A stretch of DNA of 24,913 bases, taken from assembly GCA_039591655.1 (NCBI GenBank), contig JBDHDE010000040.1, forward strand, positions 1 through 24,913, in the 5' to 3' direction. A program made the position numbers and the translations under genes. Numbering within the stretch: the stretch's first letter is position 1; every line of letters starts with the position of its first letter. Of the stretch, positions 1 through 10,621 are shown piece by piece. Source of the stretch: Gemmatimonadota bacterium (lineage in GTDB: Bacteria; Gemmatimonadota; Gemmatimonadetes; Gemmatimonadales; GWC2-71-9). Below the pieces are notes generated by a model. The model searched no databases. It was not told the origin of the DNA and worked only from the letters and a program-made list of their open reading frames with translations.

Positions 1-890
1 GCGGAGGACGCCGTCGCCCAAACCCACCGCTTGACCCGCCTCAGCCGCATCATCCCGGAGACCCGGGTGAGGGACTCCGCAAACTGATGCGCCGTGCTGA
101 ACCGGTCCGCCGGCACCTTGGCCAGGCTCTTCTCGACGGCAATCTCGACGCTGCGCGGCACTGTGGGGCGAACGACGCGCAGCGACGGCGGGCTCTCGGC
201 CATGTGCCGCGCGAGGACGACCCTGGGTGTGGGCCCCGTGAAGGGCGTCTCCCCTGCCAGCATCTCGAACAGCACGCAACCGAGGGAGTACACGTCGGTG
301 CGGGAGTCGAGCTCGATCGATCCGGAGGCCTGCTCGGGGCTCATGTACCCCGGGGTCCCGACGGCCAACCCCGAATCAGTGAGGCTCTGGCCCCCGGCCT
401 CGGTCACCGCTCGTGCGATCCCGAAGTCCGCCACCACCGCCTGCCCGCCGGCGATAAGGATGTTCTCGGGCTTGATGTCGCGATGCACGATGCCGTGGCT
501 GTGGGCGTAGCTCAGCGCCTCCGCCACATCACGGCTGATCTGGATGGCGTCATCCAGCGGGAGCTGCTTCTCCCGCTCGAGCCGCGCCCGCAGCGGCTCT
601 CCCTCGACATAGGGCATGACGTAGTACAGCAGGCCGTCGGTCTCGCCGGAGTCGTACAGGGGCAGGATGTGAGGATGCTGCAGCTTGGCGGCGATCTGGA
701 TCTCGCGGAGGAACCGCTCCGGACCGAGCGACGCGGCGAGCTCCGGACGGAGGACTTTGATTGCGACGGGGCGGTCGAACTTGAGGTCGCGGGCGAGGAA
801 GACGATGGCCATCCCACCGCGCCCCAGCTCTTGCTCGACCTCGTAGCGTTCCGCCAGGGAGGTCCTGAGCTTCTCGGAGATATCCACCAT
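1..890 (-). CDS. Hanks-type Ser/Thr protein kinase (partial; C-terminus runs off the left edge)
   Basis: Not in the ORF track (no stop in window). Manual translation from ATG 890: MVDISEKLRTSLAERYEVEQELGRGGMAIVFLARD...VAIKVL...HRDIKPENIL...ADFGIARA...GTPGYMSPEQ...DVYSLG. Ends in RRVKRWVWATASSA, probably entering a TM helix. Confidence 0.95.
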   Translation of the reverse strand, partial: MVDISEKLRTSLAERYEVEQELGRGGMAIVFLARDLKFDRPVAIKVLRPELAASLGPERFLREIQIAAKLQHPHILPLYDSGETDGLLYYVMPYVEGEPLRARLEREKQLPLDDAIQISRDVAEALSYAHSHGIVHRDIKPENILIAGGQAVVADFGIARAVTEAGGQSLTDSGLAVGTPGYMSPEQASGSIELDSRTDVYSLGCVLFEMLAGETPFTGPTPRVVLARHMAESPPSLRVVRPTVPRSVEIAVEKSLAKVPADRFSTAHQFAESLTRVSGMMRLRRVKRWVWATASS

Positions 891-982
891 TGCTACCCCC
901 GGGAGGAGGGGGATCCTCTATGCTATCCCCCGGGGCCCGGCCCCGCTAGGCAGGTTTAGAATCGCCAACACCGACACGATGA

Positions 983-1972
983 CTAGAGATTCACGAGTTC
1001 CCCGATCCCCTCCCGTTCGGCCCGCTGCACCGCCCGGGCACCGGCGCAGAGATCCTGCACTGCCACACCCACGGACTTGAACAGAGTCATCTCCGCGGCA
1101 TCGGCACGTCCGGCGGCGGAGCCGTTCACGATCTCTCCCAGCTCGACCAGGTCCGCTTCGGCGAGCAGGCCTTCGCGCACCGCCGCGATCACCTCACCCG
1201 CCTCGGCGAGGGACGCCTCCCGCTGATCCACCACCACCCGGACGCCGCCCACCAGCGCGGGATCGATCTCCTGCATCTCGGGGGTGAACGAGCCCACGGC
1301 GTTGATGTGCACGCCGGGGGAGACTTCGTGGGTGGTGAGCACGGGCGTCTTGGACGAGGTCGCGGTGCAGATGATGTCAGCATCCCGCACCGCCTCGCGC
1401 ACGGAGTCGGTGATTAGGATACCGGGGGGCACCCCGGACGCCGCCGTCATCTCCTCCGCGTAGCGCTCGGCGCCGTCCGGGTCCAGCGAGTACACCGCCA
1501 CCGACTCCACACGCCGCACACAGCACACAGCTTCCAGCTGGGTGCGTGCCTGGACACCCGTGCCGATGACGGCGACGCGGGCCGCGTCATCCCGCGCCAG
1601 GAGATCCGTGGCGAGCCCGCTCGCCGCACCGGTGCGCAGCGCGGTCAGTGAGGTGCCCTCGAGGAAAGCCACCGGCTCACCGGTCTCCACTCCCAGCAGG
1701 ACGACCGCGGCGTGCACCAGGGGACGGCCCGCTGCCGGGTTCCGGGGAAAGACCGTCACCAGCTTGCCCCCGAGACCATACGGGATGTCGCACCGGGCGG
1801 ACATCACCAGCGCGACGCCTTCAGCACTCGGCACCGGGATGCTGGTCCGGAGCGGCAGCGCCACCGTCCCGGCGGAGAGCTGGCCGAAGGCCTGCCGCAT
1901 GGCATCGATCGCCTCACTTATGGGCAGGGCCTCGCGCACCGCAGCGGCCGAGAGCACTCGTAGCATCGTCAT
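983..1972 (-). CDS. Ornithine cyclodeaminase / mu-crystallin family protein
   Basis: KLVTVFPRN, LTALRTGAASGLAT, GTGVQA (Rossmann), HINAVGS, FKSVGVAVQD motifs. Start moved from 2134 to ATG 1972 (MTMLRVLS), preceded by GGGAACAGG; 329 aa fits the family. Confidence 0.9.
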   Translation of the reverse strand: MTMLRVLSAAAVREALPISEAIDAMRQAFGQLSAGTVALPLRTSIPVPSAEGVALVMSARCDIPYGLGGKLVTVFPRNPAAGRPLVHAAVVLLGVETGEPVAFLEGTSLTALRTGAASGLATDLLARDDAARVAVIGTGVQARTQLEAVCCVRRVESVAVYSLDPDGAERYAEEMTAASGVPPGILITDSVREAVRDADIICTATSSKTPVLTTHEVSPGVHINAVGSFTPEMQEIDPALVGGVRVVVDQREASLAEAGEVIAAVREGLLAEADLVELGEIVNGSAAGRADAAEMTLFKSVGVAVQDLCAGARAVQRAEREGIGELVNL

Positions 1973-2062
1973 CCTGTTCCCCGTTGGCAGGGCCTCAGTA
2001 GATGGCATAACATTCCCTCGCGCAACAGACCTGGCAACGGACACTCCCATTTGGATGCCAAC

Positions 2063-2158
2063 ATGACCGGCTTCTACCTCGCCATGTTCGTGCTCCCCGC
2101 CGGCATCATCGCCGCCGCCTTCTTGCTGGCGCATGCCACCCGCGAGCGGGACCGGTGA
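2063..2158 (+). CDS. Small single-TM membrane peptide (31 aa), putative symporter accessory subunit
   Basis: ATG 2063 gives MTGFYLAMFVLPAGIIAAAFLLAHATRERDR*. Strong GC3 codon bias, hydrophobic core plus charged tail, and TGATG overlap with the symporter ATG at 2158. Confidence 0.7.
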   Translation: MTGFYLAMFVLPAGIIAAAFLLAHATRERDR

Positions 2159-3669
2159 TGCAGGAAGCCACCACCGCCGTACGGGTCGCCGCGAACCCGT
2201 TCGCCGTCACCTCCTTCATCGTCTATCTGGGAGTGGTGATCGGGATCGGCGTGCTCTCGGCCCGGTTCTCCTCGAGGGGCGTGGGGCACTTCTTCGTGGG
2301 TGGGCGCAAGATGCACCGCTTCGTGGTGGCGCTCTCGGCGGTGGTCTCGGGCCGCAGCGCCTGGCTCCTACTGGGCGTGACCGGCATGGCCTTCTCCCGT
2401 GGGGCCAGTGCGGTGTGGGCGGTGGTCGGCTACATCGTGGCGGAGCTCTTCCTATTCCTCTTCTATGCGAAGCGCCTGCGCCACTTCGCCGAGGCGTACG
2501 ACTGCGTGACCGTGCCCGACTTCTTCGCCGCGCGCTTCGGGGACCGGGACGGCCGCCTCCGCACCGTGCTCATCGCCATCATACTGATCTTCATGGTGGG
2601 GTACGTCGCCGCCCAGTTCGTGGGCGGGGGCAAAGCCTTCGCCGCGAGCTTCGGGCTCGAGCCTGCGTTGGGCATCGCGCTCACGGCGGCCATCGTGGTG
2701 CTCTACACCAGCGTCGGTGGTTTCCTCGCCGTGAGCCTGAGCGACACGCTGCAGGCCTGTATCATGATCGCGGCCCTCGTGGTGGTGCCCCTGACGGCAG
2801 TGGCCGACAGGGGCGGGCTCACCACGGTCCTGGCGGAGCTCCAGACCCTCGACCCGACACTGGTCGACCCGTTTGCGCTCGCCGTGGGCGTGGCGATCGG
2901 GTTCCTAGGAATCGGGCTGGGCTCTCCGGGCAACCCGCACATCATCGTGCGCTACATGTCCATCGCGGACCCCGACCAGCTGCGCGCCTCGGCCGTGGTG
3001 GGCACCATCTGGAACGTCGTGATGGCCTGGGGCGCTCTGTTCATCGGTCTGGTCGGTCGCGCCTATTTCCCCGACGTCGCCATGCTCCCGGACGGCGATA
3101 CCGAGCAGCTGTACCCGATCCTCGCCCAGCAGCAGCTGCACCCGGTGTTCTTCGGCGTCGTGGTGGCGTCGATCTTCGCCGCCATCATCTCCACCGCCGA
3201 TTCCCAGCTCCTGGTCGCGGCCTCCAGCGTGGTGCGGGACTTCTACGAGAAGATCCTCCACCGGGACGAGGCCGTGCCGCAGCGGCGGCTCGTGCTGTAC
3301 AGCCGCATCGTCGTGATCCTGCTGGTGGCCGCGGCGCTGGTGTTCGGCATGCTAGCCGAGGACCTGGTTTTCTGGCTGGTCCTGTTCGCTTGGGCGGGAC
3401 TGGGTGCGGCCATCGGGCCCACTTCGATCCTGGCTCTTTACTGGCGGGGGACCACCCGGGCGGGAGTAATCGCGGGACTGATCACGGGCACGGTTGTGAC
3501 CATCGTGTGGGAGAAGACGCCGTTCCTCGAGCCCCTGATCTACGAGCTCATTCCGGCCTTCGGGGCCGCCCTCCTGGTGACGCTGCTGGTCAGCCTCTGG
3601 ACCCGGGCCCCCGAGGACACGACGCGGCTCTTCGCAGCCATGCAGCCGAAACGAGACCAGGAGTCCTGA
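2158..3669 (+). CDS. Sodium:solute symporter (SSS), PutP-like sodium/proline symporter
   Basis: About 13 hydrophobic segments; FFVGGRK, SAWLLLGVTG, TVPDFFAARF, YTSVGGFLAVSLSDTLQ, GSPGNPHIIVRYM, FAAIISTADSQLL motifs typical of PutP/SSS. Confidence 0.92.
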   Translation: MQEATTAVRVAANPFAVTSFIVYLGVVIGIGVLSARFSSRGVGHFFVGGRKMHRFVVALSAVVSGRSAWLLLGVTGMAFSRGASAVWAVVGYIVAELFLFLFYAKRLRHFAEAYDCVTVPDFFAARFGDRDGRLRTVLIAIILIFMVGYVAAQFVGGGKAFAASFGLEPALGIALTAAIVVLYTSVGGFLAVSLSDTLQACIMIAALVVVPLTAVADRGGLTTVLAELQTLDPTLVDPFALAVGVAIGFLGIGLGSPGNPHIIVRYMSIADPDQLRASAVVGTIWNVVMAWGALFIGLVGRAYFPDVAMLPDGDTEQLYPILAQQQLHPVFFGVVVASIFAAIISTADSQLLVAASSVVRDFYEKILHRDEAVPQRRLVLYSRIVVILLVAAALVFGMLAEDLVFWLVLFAWAGLGAAIGPTSILALYWRGTTRAGVIAGLITGTVVTIVWEKTPFLEPLIYELIPAFGAALLVTLLVSLWTRAPEDTTRLFAAMQPKRDQES

Positions 3670-3676
3670 TCCCCGC

Positions 3677-4141
3677 CTATTGGCGCATCAGCACCAGCTC
3701 GATGTTGGCCGGCACTCCGGTAGCGCCGCTCAGCGTGAAGTCGAAGGTGATGTTCTCGGTGCCATTGAGTGTGATGCGGTTCCCAGCCAGGACAAACGTG
3801 CCTGAGATGTCCTCCCGGTCGACATCGTCGAAGTCCAGCGTCAGGCTGCCGCCGCTGATGATGATCTGGCCCGTCACAGTCTCCACGGGGGCCAGTGCGA
3901 ACTCTCGCAGCGTTCCCGTGAAGTTGCCGTTTGACGTCACCGAGACATCCAGCTCGGCACCGATGCCTATGATGTCGAAGGTCTGGCTGGTGTTGGCCTG
4001 GTTCTGGTACTCGATCTTGGTCGCGGTCCAATCGCCCACCAAGTCGGCGATGGTTACGCCATTAGTGCCGGTGCTGTCGCCGCAGCCGGCTGCCACGCCG
4101 GCAGCGACTGCACCCACAACGAGCACGCGTAGCAGTCTCAT
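3677..4141 (-). CDS. Lipoprotein, possibly lipocalin-like beta-barrel
   Basis: Signal peptide with lipobox VAAG-C, LVGDW motif and beta-strand-rich body. RBS GAGGAGG 8 nt before ATG 4141 (alternative ATG 4147). Confidence 0.75.
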   Translation of the reverse strand: MRLLRVLVVGAVAAGVAAGCGDSTGTNGVTIADLVGDWTATKIEYQNQANTSQTFDIIGIGAELDVSVTSNGNFTGTLREFALAPVETVTGQIIISGGSLTLDFDDVDREDISGTFVLAGNRITLNGTENITFDFTLSGATGVPANIELVLMRQ

Positions 4142-4178
4142 CGGCATTCCCTCCTCGTAGCACAAAGCTAGGGAGCCA

Positions 4179-5459
4179 TCACCAGATCCGGGAGATCAGA
4201 TAAACGAAGGCAGTACCGCCCAGCAGCACGAGCCCGGTCCAGGAAAGCACCAGCATCCGAGTGCTGGGGCGATGCTCCGGCGCCACTTGGGGGGAGCGCA
4301 CCGCCCGCAGGTTGAGGTAGCCGAGAACCGGAGCGGTGAGGAAGGAGACGATGGTGGCGAAGTCCACCATGGTGGTGAGGTTGCCGGCAAACAGCGCCAG
4401 CACGGCAACCGTGAGCACCGCCAGAGCCGCCAGGGCGATCCAGTAGGGTCGGCCCGCGCTGGGGACGCCGTGGTCGTCGGTGTGGCCGGGCTTGAGGTTC
4501 ACCCACGTCCGCTCCAGGGCCCGCGGGAAGCCGTCCACCACCGTGACGGAGGTGGACAGCATGGTGGTGAGTACGGCGACGAGCACGATCGGCCTGGTCC
4601 ACGCGCCCAGCGTCGTGGCGTAGAGGTCCACCAGTTGTGTAGAAAACACCGTTCCGGCGGGGCTGAACGTCTCGCCGGAGCCGAACATCACACCCGCCCC
4701 CAACAGGAGGAAACAGAACGCGAGGACGCCCGTTCCCGAGTAGCCGATCCCGAAGTCCAGGCGCGCCATCGCCACGCTGGTGCGCGTGCCGGCCGTCTGG
4801 TCCTTCGCCAGCGTCCACAGCGAGCTCCACACGGCGATGTCGATGGCCGAGGGCATCCAGCCGACCAGTGCCAGGATGAATGCGAACGGCACCATGCCGG
4901 CCTCCAGCCCGATGTCCGGAAGAAAGGCCAGCGTACCGGCATCGACGCGATCGGTTGCCACGACGGCCGCCGCGATCGTGGAAACGGCGAGCACCACGAG
5001 GATCACCTTCACCGCGCGGTCCAACAGGGGGAACTGCCCCAGCCACAGCATCACCCCGCAGGTCAGCAACAGTACTGTCCCCATCACCGGGAGCGGCCAA
5101 TCCAGCCCGAACGCGTAGTTCAACAGGAACGACGTGAACAGGATGATCGCTGTCTGGATCACCACCGAAGTGGTAACCGTGATGAAGAAGTAGAGCCACA
5201 GGGCCCAGCGGCCGATGTGCCTGTACCCTTCCACCAGGCTCATCCCGGTGGCCGCTGCATACCGGGGGCCATACTCGAAGAAGGGGTACTTCAGGATCAG
5301 GGCCAGCAGGATGATGCCTGCGACCCCGAGGCCCGCCATTGCCCCTGCCCGGGTCGACTGCACCAGATGGGACACGCCGATGGCGGCCGCGGCCCAGAGC
5401 AGACCCGGGCCGAAGCTGCGCCAGAAGCTCACGACGCGGTGGTGGGATACCTGGCTCAT
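4179..5459 (-). CDS. NRAMP-related (APC superfamily) membrane transporter
   Basis: GPGLLWAAAAIGVSHLVQSTRAGA, KYPFFEYGPRY, ALVGWMP; about 11 TM segments. Lacks the canonical DPGN motif. Confidence 0.8.
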   Translation of the reverse strand: MSQVSHHRVVSFWRSFGPGLLWAAAAIGVSHLVQSTRAGAMAGLGVAGIILLALILKYPFFEYGPRYAAATGMSLVEGYRHIGRWALWLYFFITVTTSVVIQTAIILFTSFLLNYAFGLDWPLPVMGTVLLLTCGVMLWLGQFPLLDRAVKVILVVLAVSTIAAAVVATDRVDAGTLAFLPDIGLEAGMVPFAFILALVGWMPSAIDIAVWSSLWTLAKDQTAGTRTSVAMARLDFGIGYSGTGVLAFCFLLLGAGVMFGSGETFSPAGTVFSTQLVDLYATTLGAWTRPIVLVAVLTTMLSTSVTVVDGFPRALERTWVNLKPGHTDDHGVPSAGRPYWIALAALAVLTVAVLALFAGNLTTMVDFATIVSFLTAPVLGYLNLRAVRSPQVAPEHRPSTRMLVLSWTGLVLLGGTAFVYLISRIW

Positions 5460-5489
5460 AGAGGCGCTAACGATGCACCCTACATATGG

Positions 5490-5526
5490 AAAGGAAAAGG
5501 CCTCCCGCCCCAGGGGCGGGAGACCT
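5490..5526 (-). terminator. Rho-independent terminator after the ECF/anti-sigma/DUF4097 genes
   Basis: Minus strand AGGTCTCCCGCCC-CTG-GGGCGGGAGGCCT (13-bp stem, one G-U) followed by TTTCCTTT. Confidence 0.8.
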
Positions 5527-5560
5527 CATCCGTATCGGCCATGCCGGGCCTTACCGGCAG

Positions 5561-6523
5561 CTACTCGTGGTCATCCTCCCGGTCCAGCATGCTCTGCCGC
5601 CGGTACTCGTTCAGGACCAACAGCTCGATGTCGCCATCGAACGCCTCGACCTCCATCTGTGCGGAGCCCTGGCCCAGGGTGAAGTTGAGGCGGCGTCCCC
5701 GAATCCGCTCCGGCATGGTGATGGGGAACTCCGACTCGAAATCTCCGTCGAACGTGGCCACGGTCAGCCTCACGCTGGCGTCCCGGGGGATCATGATCGT
5801 CACGTCGCCATCGTGGGTCGCAAGGTAGTACTGCCCCTGCGCCGCCAACGGGCCGGCGAACCAGATGTCGCCATCCACCGAGGTCGCTTCGACGGACTCG
5901 GACCGCACATCGGCCAGCCGGATGTCGCCGTCGGTCGTCTCGGCGATGATGCTTCCCGAAGCGTTCTCCACGTAGATCTCGCCGTCCATGGAGAGGAGCT
6001 TGAGCTTGCCCTCGGCGTTCTCCACGGTGACATCGCCCTCCACCGTGCGCGCCGTGAGCGGCCCGCGCACGTCACGCAGCATGAGGTCACCCTCGCTCAC
6101 CTTGACATCCAACCCGGCTACGGGGCCCTCGACGGTCACGTCGGTGTACGGCCCGCCCAGCTCGAGAGCCATCCCGGCCGGCACCCAGAGCTCGTAATCG
6201 ACGATGGACGGAGAGCGGGGCCGCTCCATCTCCACGTGGACGTGTTCGTCATCCTCCACTGTGATTTCGAACTCGTCGGCCCAGCGGGCCCACGACCGGG
6301 CCCGGACGCGGACCTCGGCGTCCGTCCGTTCCACCACGATCCCGTCGCGCCGCGAGTGGTCGGCCACGACCCGCACCTCGTTGCGGTCCCATGTGCGGAC
6401 GACGATCTCGCCCGAGAAGTTGCTCACGTCGAGCCGCTTGCTGGGATCGACCGCGAACGTGGTGTCGGTTCCTTGTGGCGGGGTGAACGCGATGAGCACC
6501 CCCGTCAATGCGTGCAGCAACAT
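5561..6523 (-). CDS. DUF4097-like beta-strand repeat (putative adhesin) exported protein
   Basis: Repeated (T/S)xDGDI/V units (VSEGDL, TVEGDV, SMDGEI, TTDGDI, SVDGDI, THDGDV, TFDGDF, AFDGDI); short N-terminal signal; RBS GAGGAG. Confidence 0.85.
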   Translation of the reverse strand: MLLHALTGVLIAFTPPQGTDTTFAVDPSKRLDVSNFSGEIVVRTWDRNEVRVVADHSRRDGIVVERTDAEVRVRARSWARWADEFEITVEDDEHVHVEMERPRSPSIVDYELWVPAGMALELGGPYTDVTVEGPVAGLDVKVSEGDLMLRDVRGPLTARTVEGDVTVENAEGKLKLLSMDGEIYVENASGSIIAETTDGDIRLADVRSESVEATSVDGDIWFAGPLAAQGQYYLATHDGDVTIMIPRDASVRLTVATFDGDFESEFPITMPERIRGRRLNFTLGQGSAQMEVEAFDGDIELLVLNEYRRQSMLDREDDHE

Positions 6524-6536
6524 GGTTCTCCTCTCC

Positions 6537-7202
6537 TCAACTCCTGCGGTAGCCCGCCATTGCGGCTGCGTTGCGCAGCAGTGTCAGTTTCGTCCTCATC
6601 ATGCCGGCGTAGTGGTCCGCCAGGTACGCGCTGTTGGGATCGCGAGCCAGCGCCTCGCGGGCTTCGGCGATCGCCCGATCGATTACCAGCAACTTGTCCT
6701 GGAGCACGCGGACGGTGACGCTGTCGAGCCCGTCTTCCTCGAGCAACGCCTGCTCCAGCTGTACGATGGCCGCGGTGTAGCGCTCCGCTGCCAGGACGGC
6801 CGTCTCCGACGCCCGGCCGGCCGCCGGTTGGAAGCTGCCGACAACCGGGGGCAGCTCGCTCGCCGGGGCACTGGCCCGTCCGAGCCACCAACTACCGCCC
6901 GCAACCACGGCGAGCGCGATCCCGGCGGCGGCCACGTGGGGAATCCGGAACACCCGGCCCCTCCGCACCACCCGGTGCGCGCCGGTCCGCTCGCGGATCT
7001 CCTCCTCGATCCGGGGCCACACGTCCACGCGGGGCGGCTGACCCTGGTAGTTCGCGGCCCACGACTTCACGCTGCCCAGCTGGGCCACGGCCCCACGGCA
7101 TGCCTCGCACGTGGCGAGGTGCCGCTCCAGCGCCGCCCGATCGTCGGCGCTGAGCTCCTCGTCCACATAGGCAGAGAGTCGATCCGTCCATTCGTCGTGC
7201 AT
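6537..7202 (-). CDS. Anti-sigma factor, zf-HC2 (ZAS) domain plus one TM
   Basis: LSAYVDEEL...HLATCEAC (HxxxCxxC), a TM segment and a helical C-terminus; directly downstream of the ECF sigma. Confidence 0.9.
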   Translation of the reverse strand: MHDEWTDRLSAYVDEELSADDRAALERHLATCEACRGAVAQLGSVKSWAANYQGQPPRVDVWPRIEEEIRERTGAHRVVRRGRVFRIPHVAAAGIALAVVAGGSWWLGRASAPASELPPVVGSFQPAAGRASETAVLAAERYTAAIVQLEQALLEEDGLDSVTVRVLQDKLLVIDRAIAEAREALARDPNSAYLADHYAGMMRTKLTLLRNAAAMAGYRRS

Positions 7203-7214
7203 CGCCCTACTCCT

Positions 7215-7769
7215 TCAGGCCTCGAAGTACGCCCGCAGCGCCATCCGCGCGTGATGCAGCTGCGATCTCGAAGTGCCCGTAGATATTCCCAGCATCTCTC
7301 CAATCTCCGAGTGCTTGTAGCCGGCCATGTCGTGTAGCACGAACACCCGCCGGGCCTTCTCCGGGAGCCGACCGACCGCCGTCTCCAGGTCCACTGTCAG
7401 GCCTGGTGCAGCGCTGCCCGCCGAGGCCTGGCTCAGCTCCAGCTCCGACCCGGAGTGGCGCTGATCGTACTTCCGGTACGTCTCCCGCCGCCGCAGGATC
7501 ACGTTGGTGGCCAGCCGGTGCAGCCAGGTCGAGAAGGCCGACTGGCCCTTGAACGTGTCCAGCTTCTGCCACACGCGGATGAAGACCTCCTGGAGCACAT
7601 CATCCACGTCCTCGTGCCCCAGGAGCCACCGCGCCAGCGAGTTGACGCGGCCGATGTGGCGCCGGTACAGGCGCTCGAACGCGAGGGTGTCGCCGCTGAC
7701 GGCGAACTCCACGTCGATGACGTCCTGATCCGCGCGAGCCCGCTCGAGATCGTTCGTCAGCTTCAGCAC
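7215..7769 (-). CDS. ECF RNA polymerase sigma factor
   Basis: AFERLYRRH, DDVLQEVFIRVW, FKGQSAFSTWLHRLATN (region 2); LPEKARRVFVLHD..GYKHSEIGEMLGISTGTSRSQLHHAR (region 4). Start uncertain: GTG 7769 (GGAG upstream) or TTG 7796. Confidence 0.93.
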   Translation of the reverse strand: MLKLTNDLERARADQDVIDVEFAVSGDTLAFERLYRRHIGRVNSLARWLLGHEDVDDVLQEVFIRVWQKLDTFKGQSAFSTWLHRLATNVILRRRETYRKYDQRHSGSELELSQASAGSAAPGLTVDLETAVGRLPEKARRVFVLHDMAGYKHSEIGEMLGISTGTSRSQLHHARMALRAYFEA

Positions 7770-7855
7770 TCCACTCCGGCCGGTGGCTCCGACCAATTAG
7801 ATGCGGGGATAGGGCGGAAACGCTGCATCCGACTCCCCGCCGAGTCCATAATGGC

Positions 7856-7890
7856 GGGCGGACCGAGCGCTGGCCACGCCCGGTCCGCCC
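7856..7890 (-). terminator. Strong hairpin downstream of sdhB, probable operon-end structure
   Basis: Minus strand GGGCGGACCGGGCG-7 nt-CGCTCGGTCCGCCC (14 bp with one G-U, fully paired only on the minus strand); no clear U tract. Confidence 0.45.
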
Positions 7891-7938
7891 CAGGGGCCCC
7901 CATCGGCCCCGGCAACCCCCGGTTGGATCACGCCGGCC

Positions 7939-8690
7939 CTACATGCCGCTGGCAGCCAAGCTGGCCCCGAAGAGATCCCGATTCAGCCTGGCGATGAAGT
8001 CGACGGAGATCTCCTGGGGGCAGACCGCCTCGCACTCGCCGTGATTGGTGCAGGTCCCGAAGCCGTCCTCGTCGTGTTGGGCCATCATTCTGAGCACCCG
8101 TTCGTGGCGCTCCGGCCGTCCCTGTGGCAGCAGGCCGAGGTGGGAGACCTTGGCCGACACGAACAGCATCGCCGAGGCGTTGGGACAGGCGGCCACGCAC
8201 GCGCCACAGCCGATGCAGGACGCCGCATCCATCGCCAGGTCGGCGTTCTCCTTCGGGATGGGGATCGCGTTGGCGTCCGGCGGCGCGCCGGTGCGAACCG
8301 AGATGAAGCCCCCGACCTGCATGATCCGGTCGAACGCGCTGCGGTCCACCACTAGATCCTTGAGCACCGGGAAGCCCTTGGCGCGCCACGGCTCGATCCA
8401 GATCTCGTCACCGTCCCCGAAGTGCCGCATGTGGAGTTGGCAGGTCGCCGCACCGTGCTGGGGTCCGTGGGGAATCCGGTTGATCACCACGCCGCACATG
8501 CCGCAGATGCCTTCGCGGCAATCACTGTCGAAGGCGATCGGCTCCTCGCCCTTCTCCGTCAGACGCTCGTTGACGATATCGAGCATCTCGAGGAACGAGG
8601 CATGTTCGCTGATGCCCTCCGCCTCGTACCGGACGAAGCCGCCTTTGTGTGTCGGACCGGCCTGGCGCCAGATATGGAGTACGAGATTCA

Positions 8691-8694
<4 letters not shown>
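7939..8694 (-). CDS. sdhB: Succinate dehydrogenase/fumarate reductase iron-sulfur subunit
   Basis: CREGICGMC...[14 protein letters not shown] and [12 protein letters not shown] clusters. Start ATG 8694 (or 8691) overlaps the sdhA stop. Confidence 0.96.
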
Positions 8695-10604
<1,910 letters not shown>

Positions 10605-10621
10605 GCTCAGCCCCCTCCCAC

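Noticed and set aside
87..959. 290-aa plus-strand ORF
   Set aside because: Antisense shadow of the minus-strand kinase; no motifs of its own.
2031..2050. Possible sigma54 promoter (CTGGCA)
   Set aside because: No TTGC at the -12 position.
2133..4160. 675-aa Arg/Gly/Pro-rich ORF
   Set aside because: Off-frame overlap of the symporter and antisense to the lipoprotein; typical high-GC artefact.
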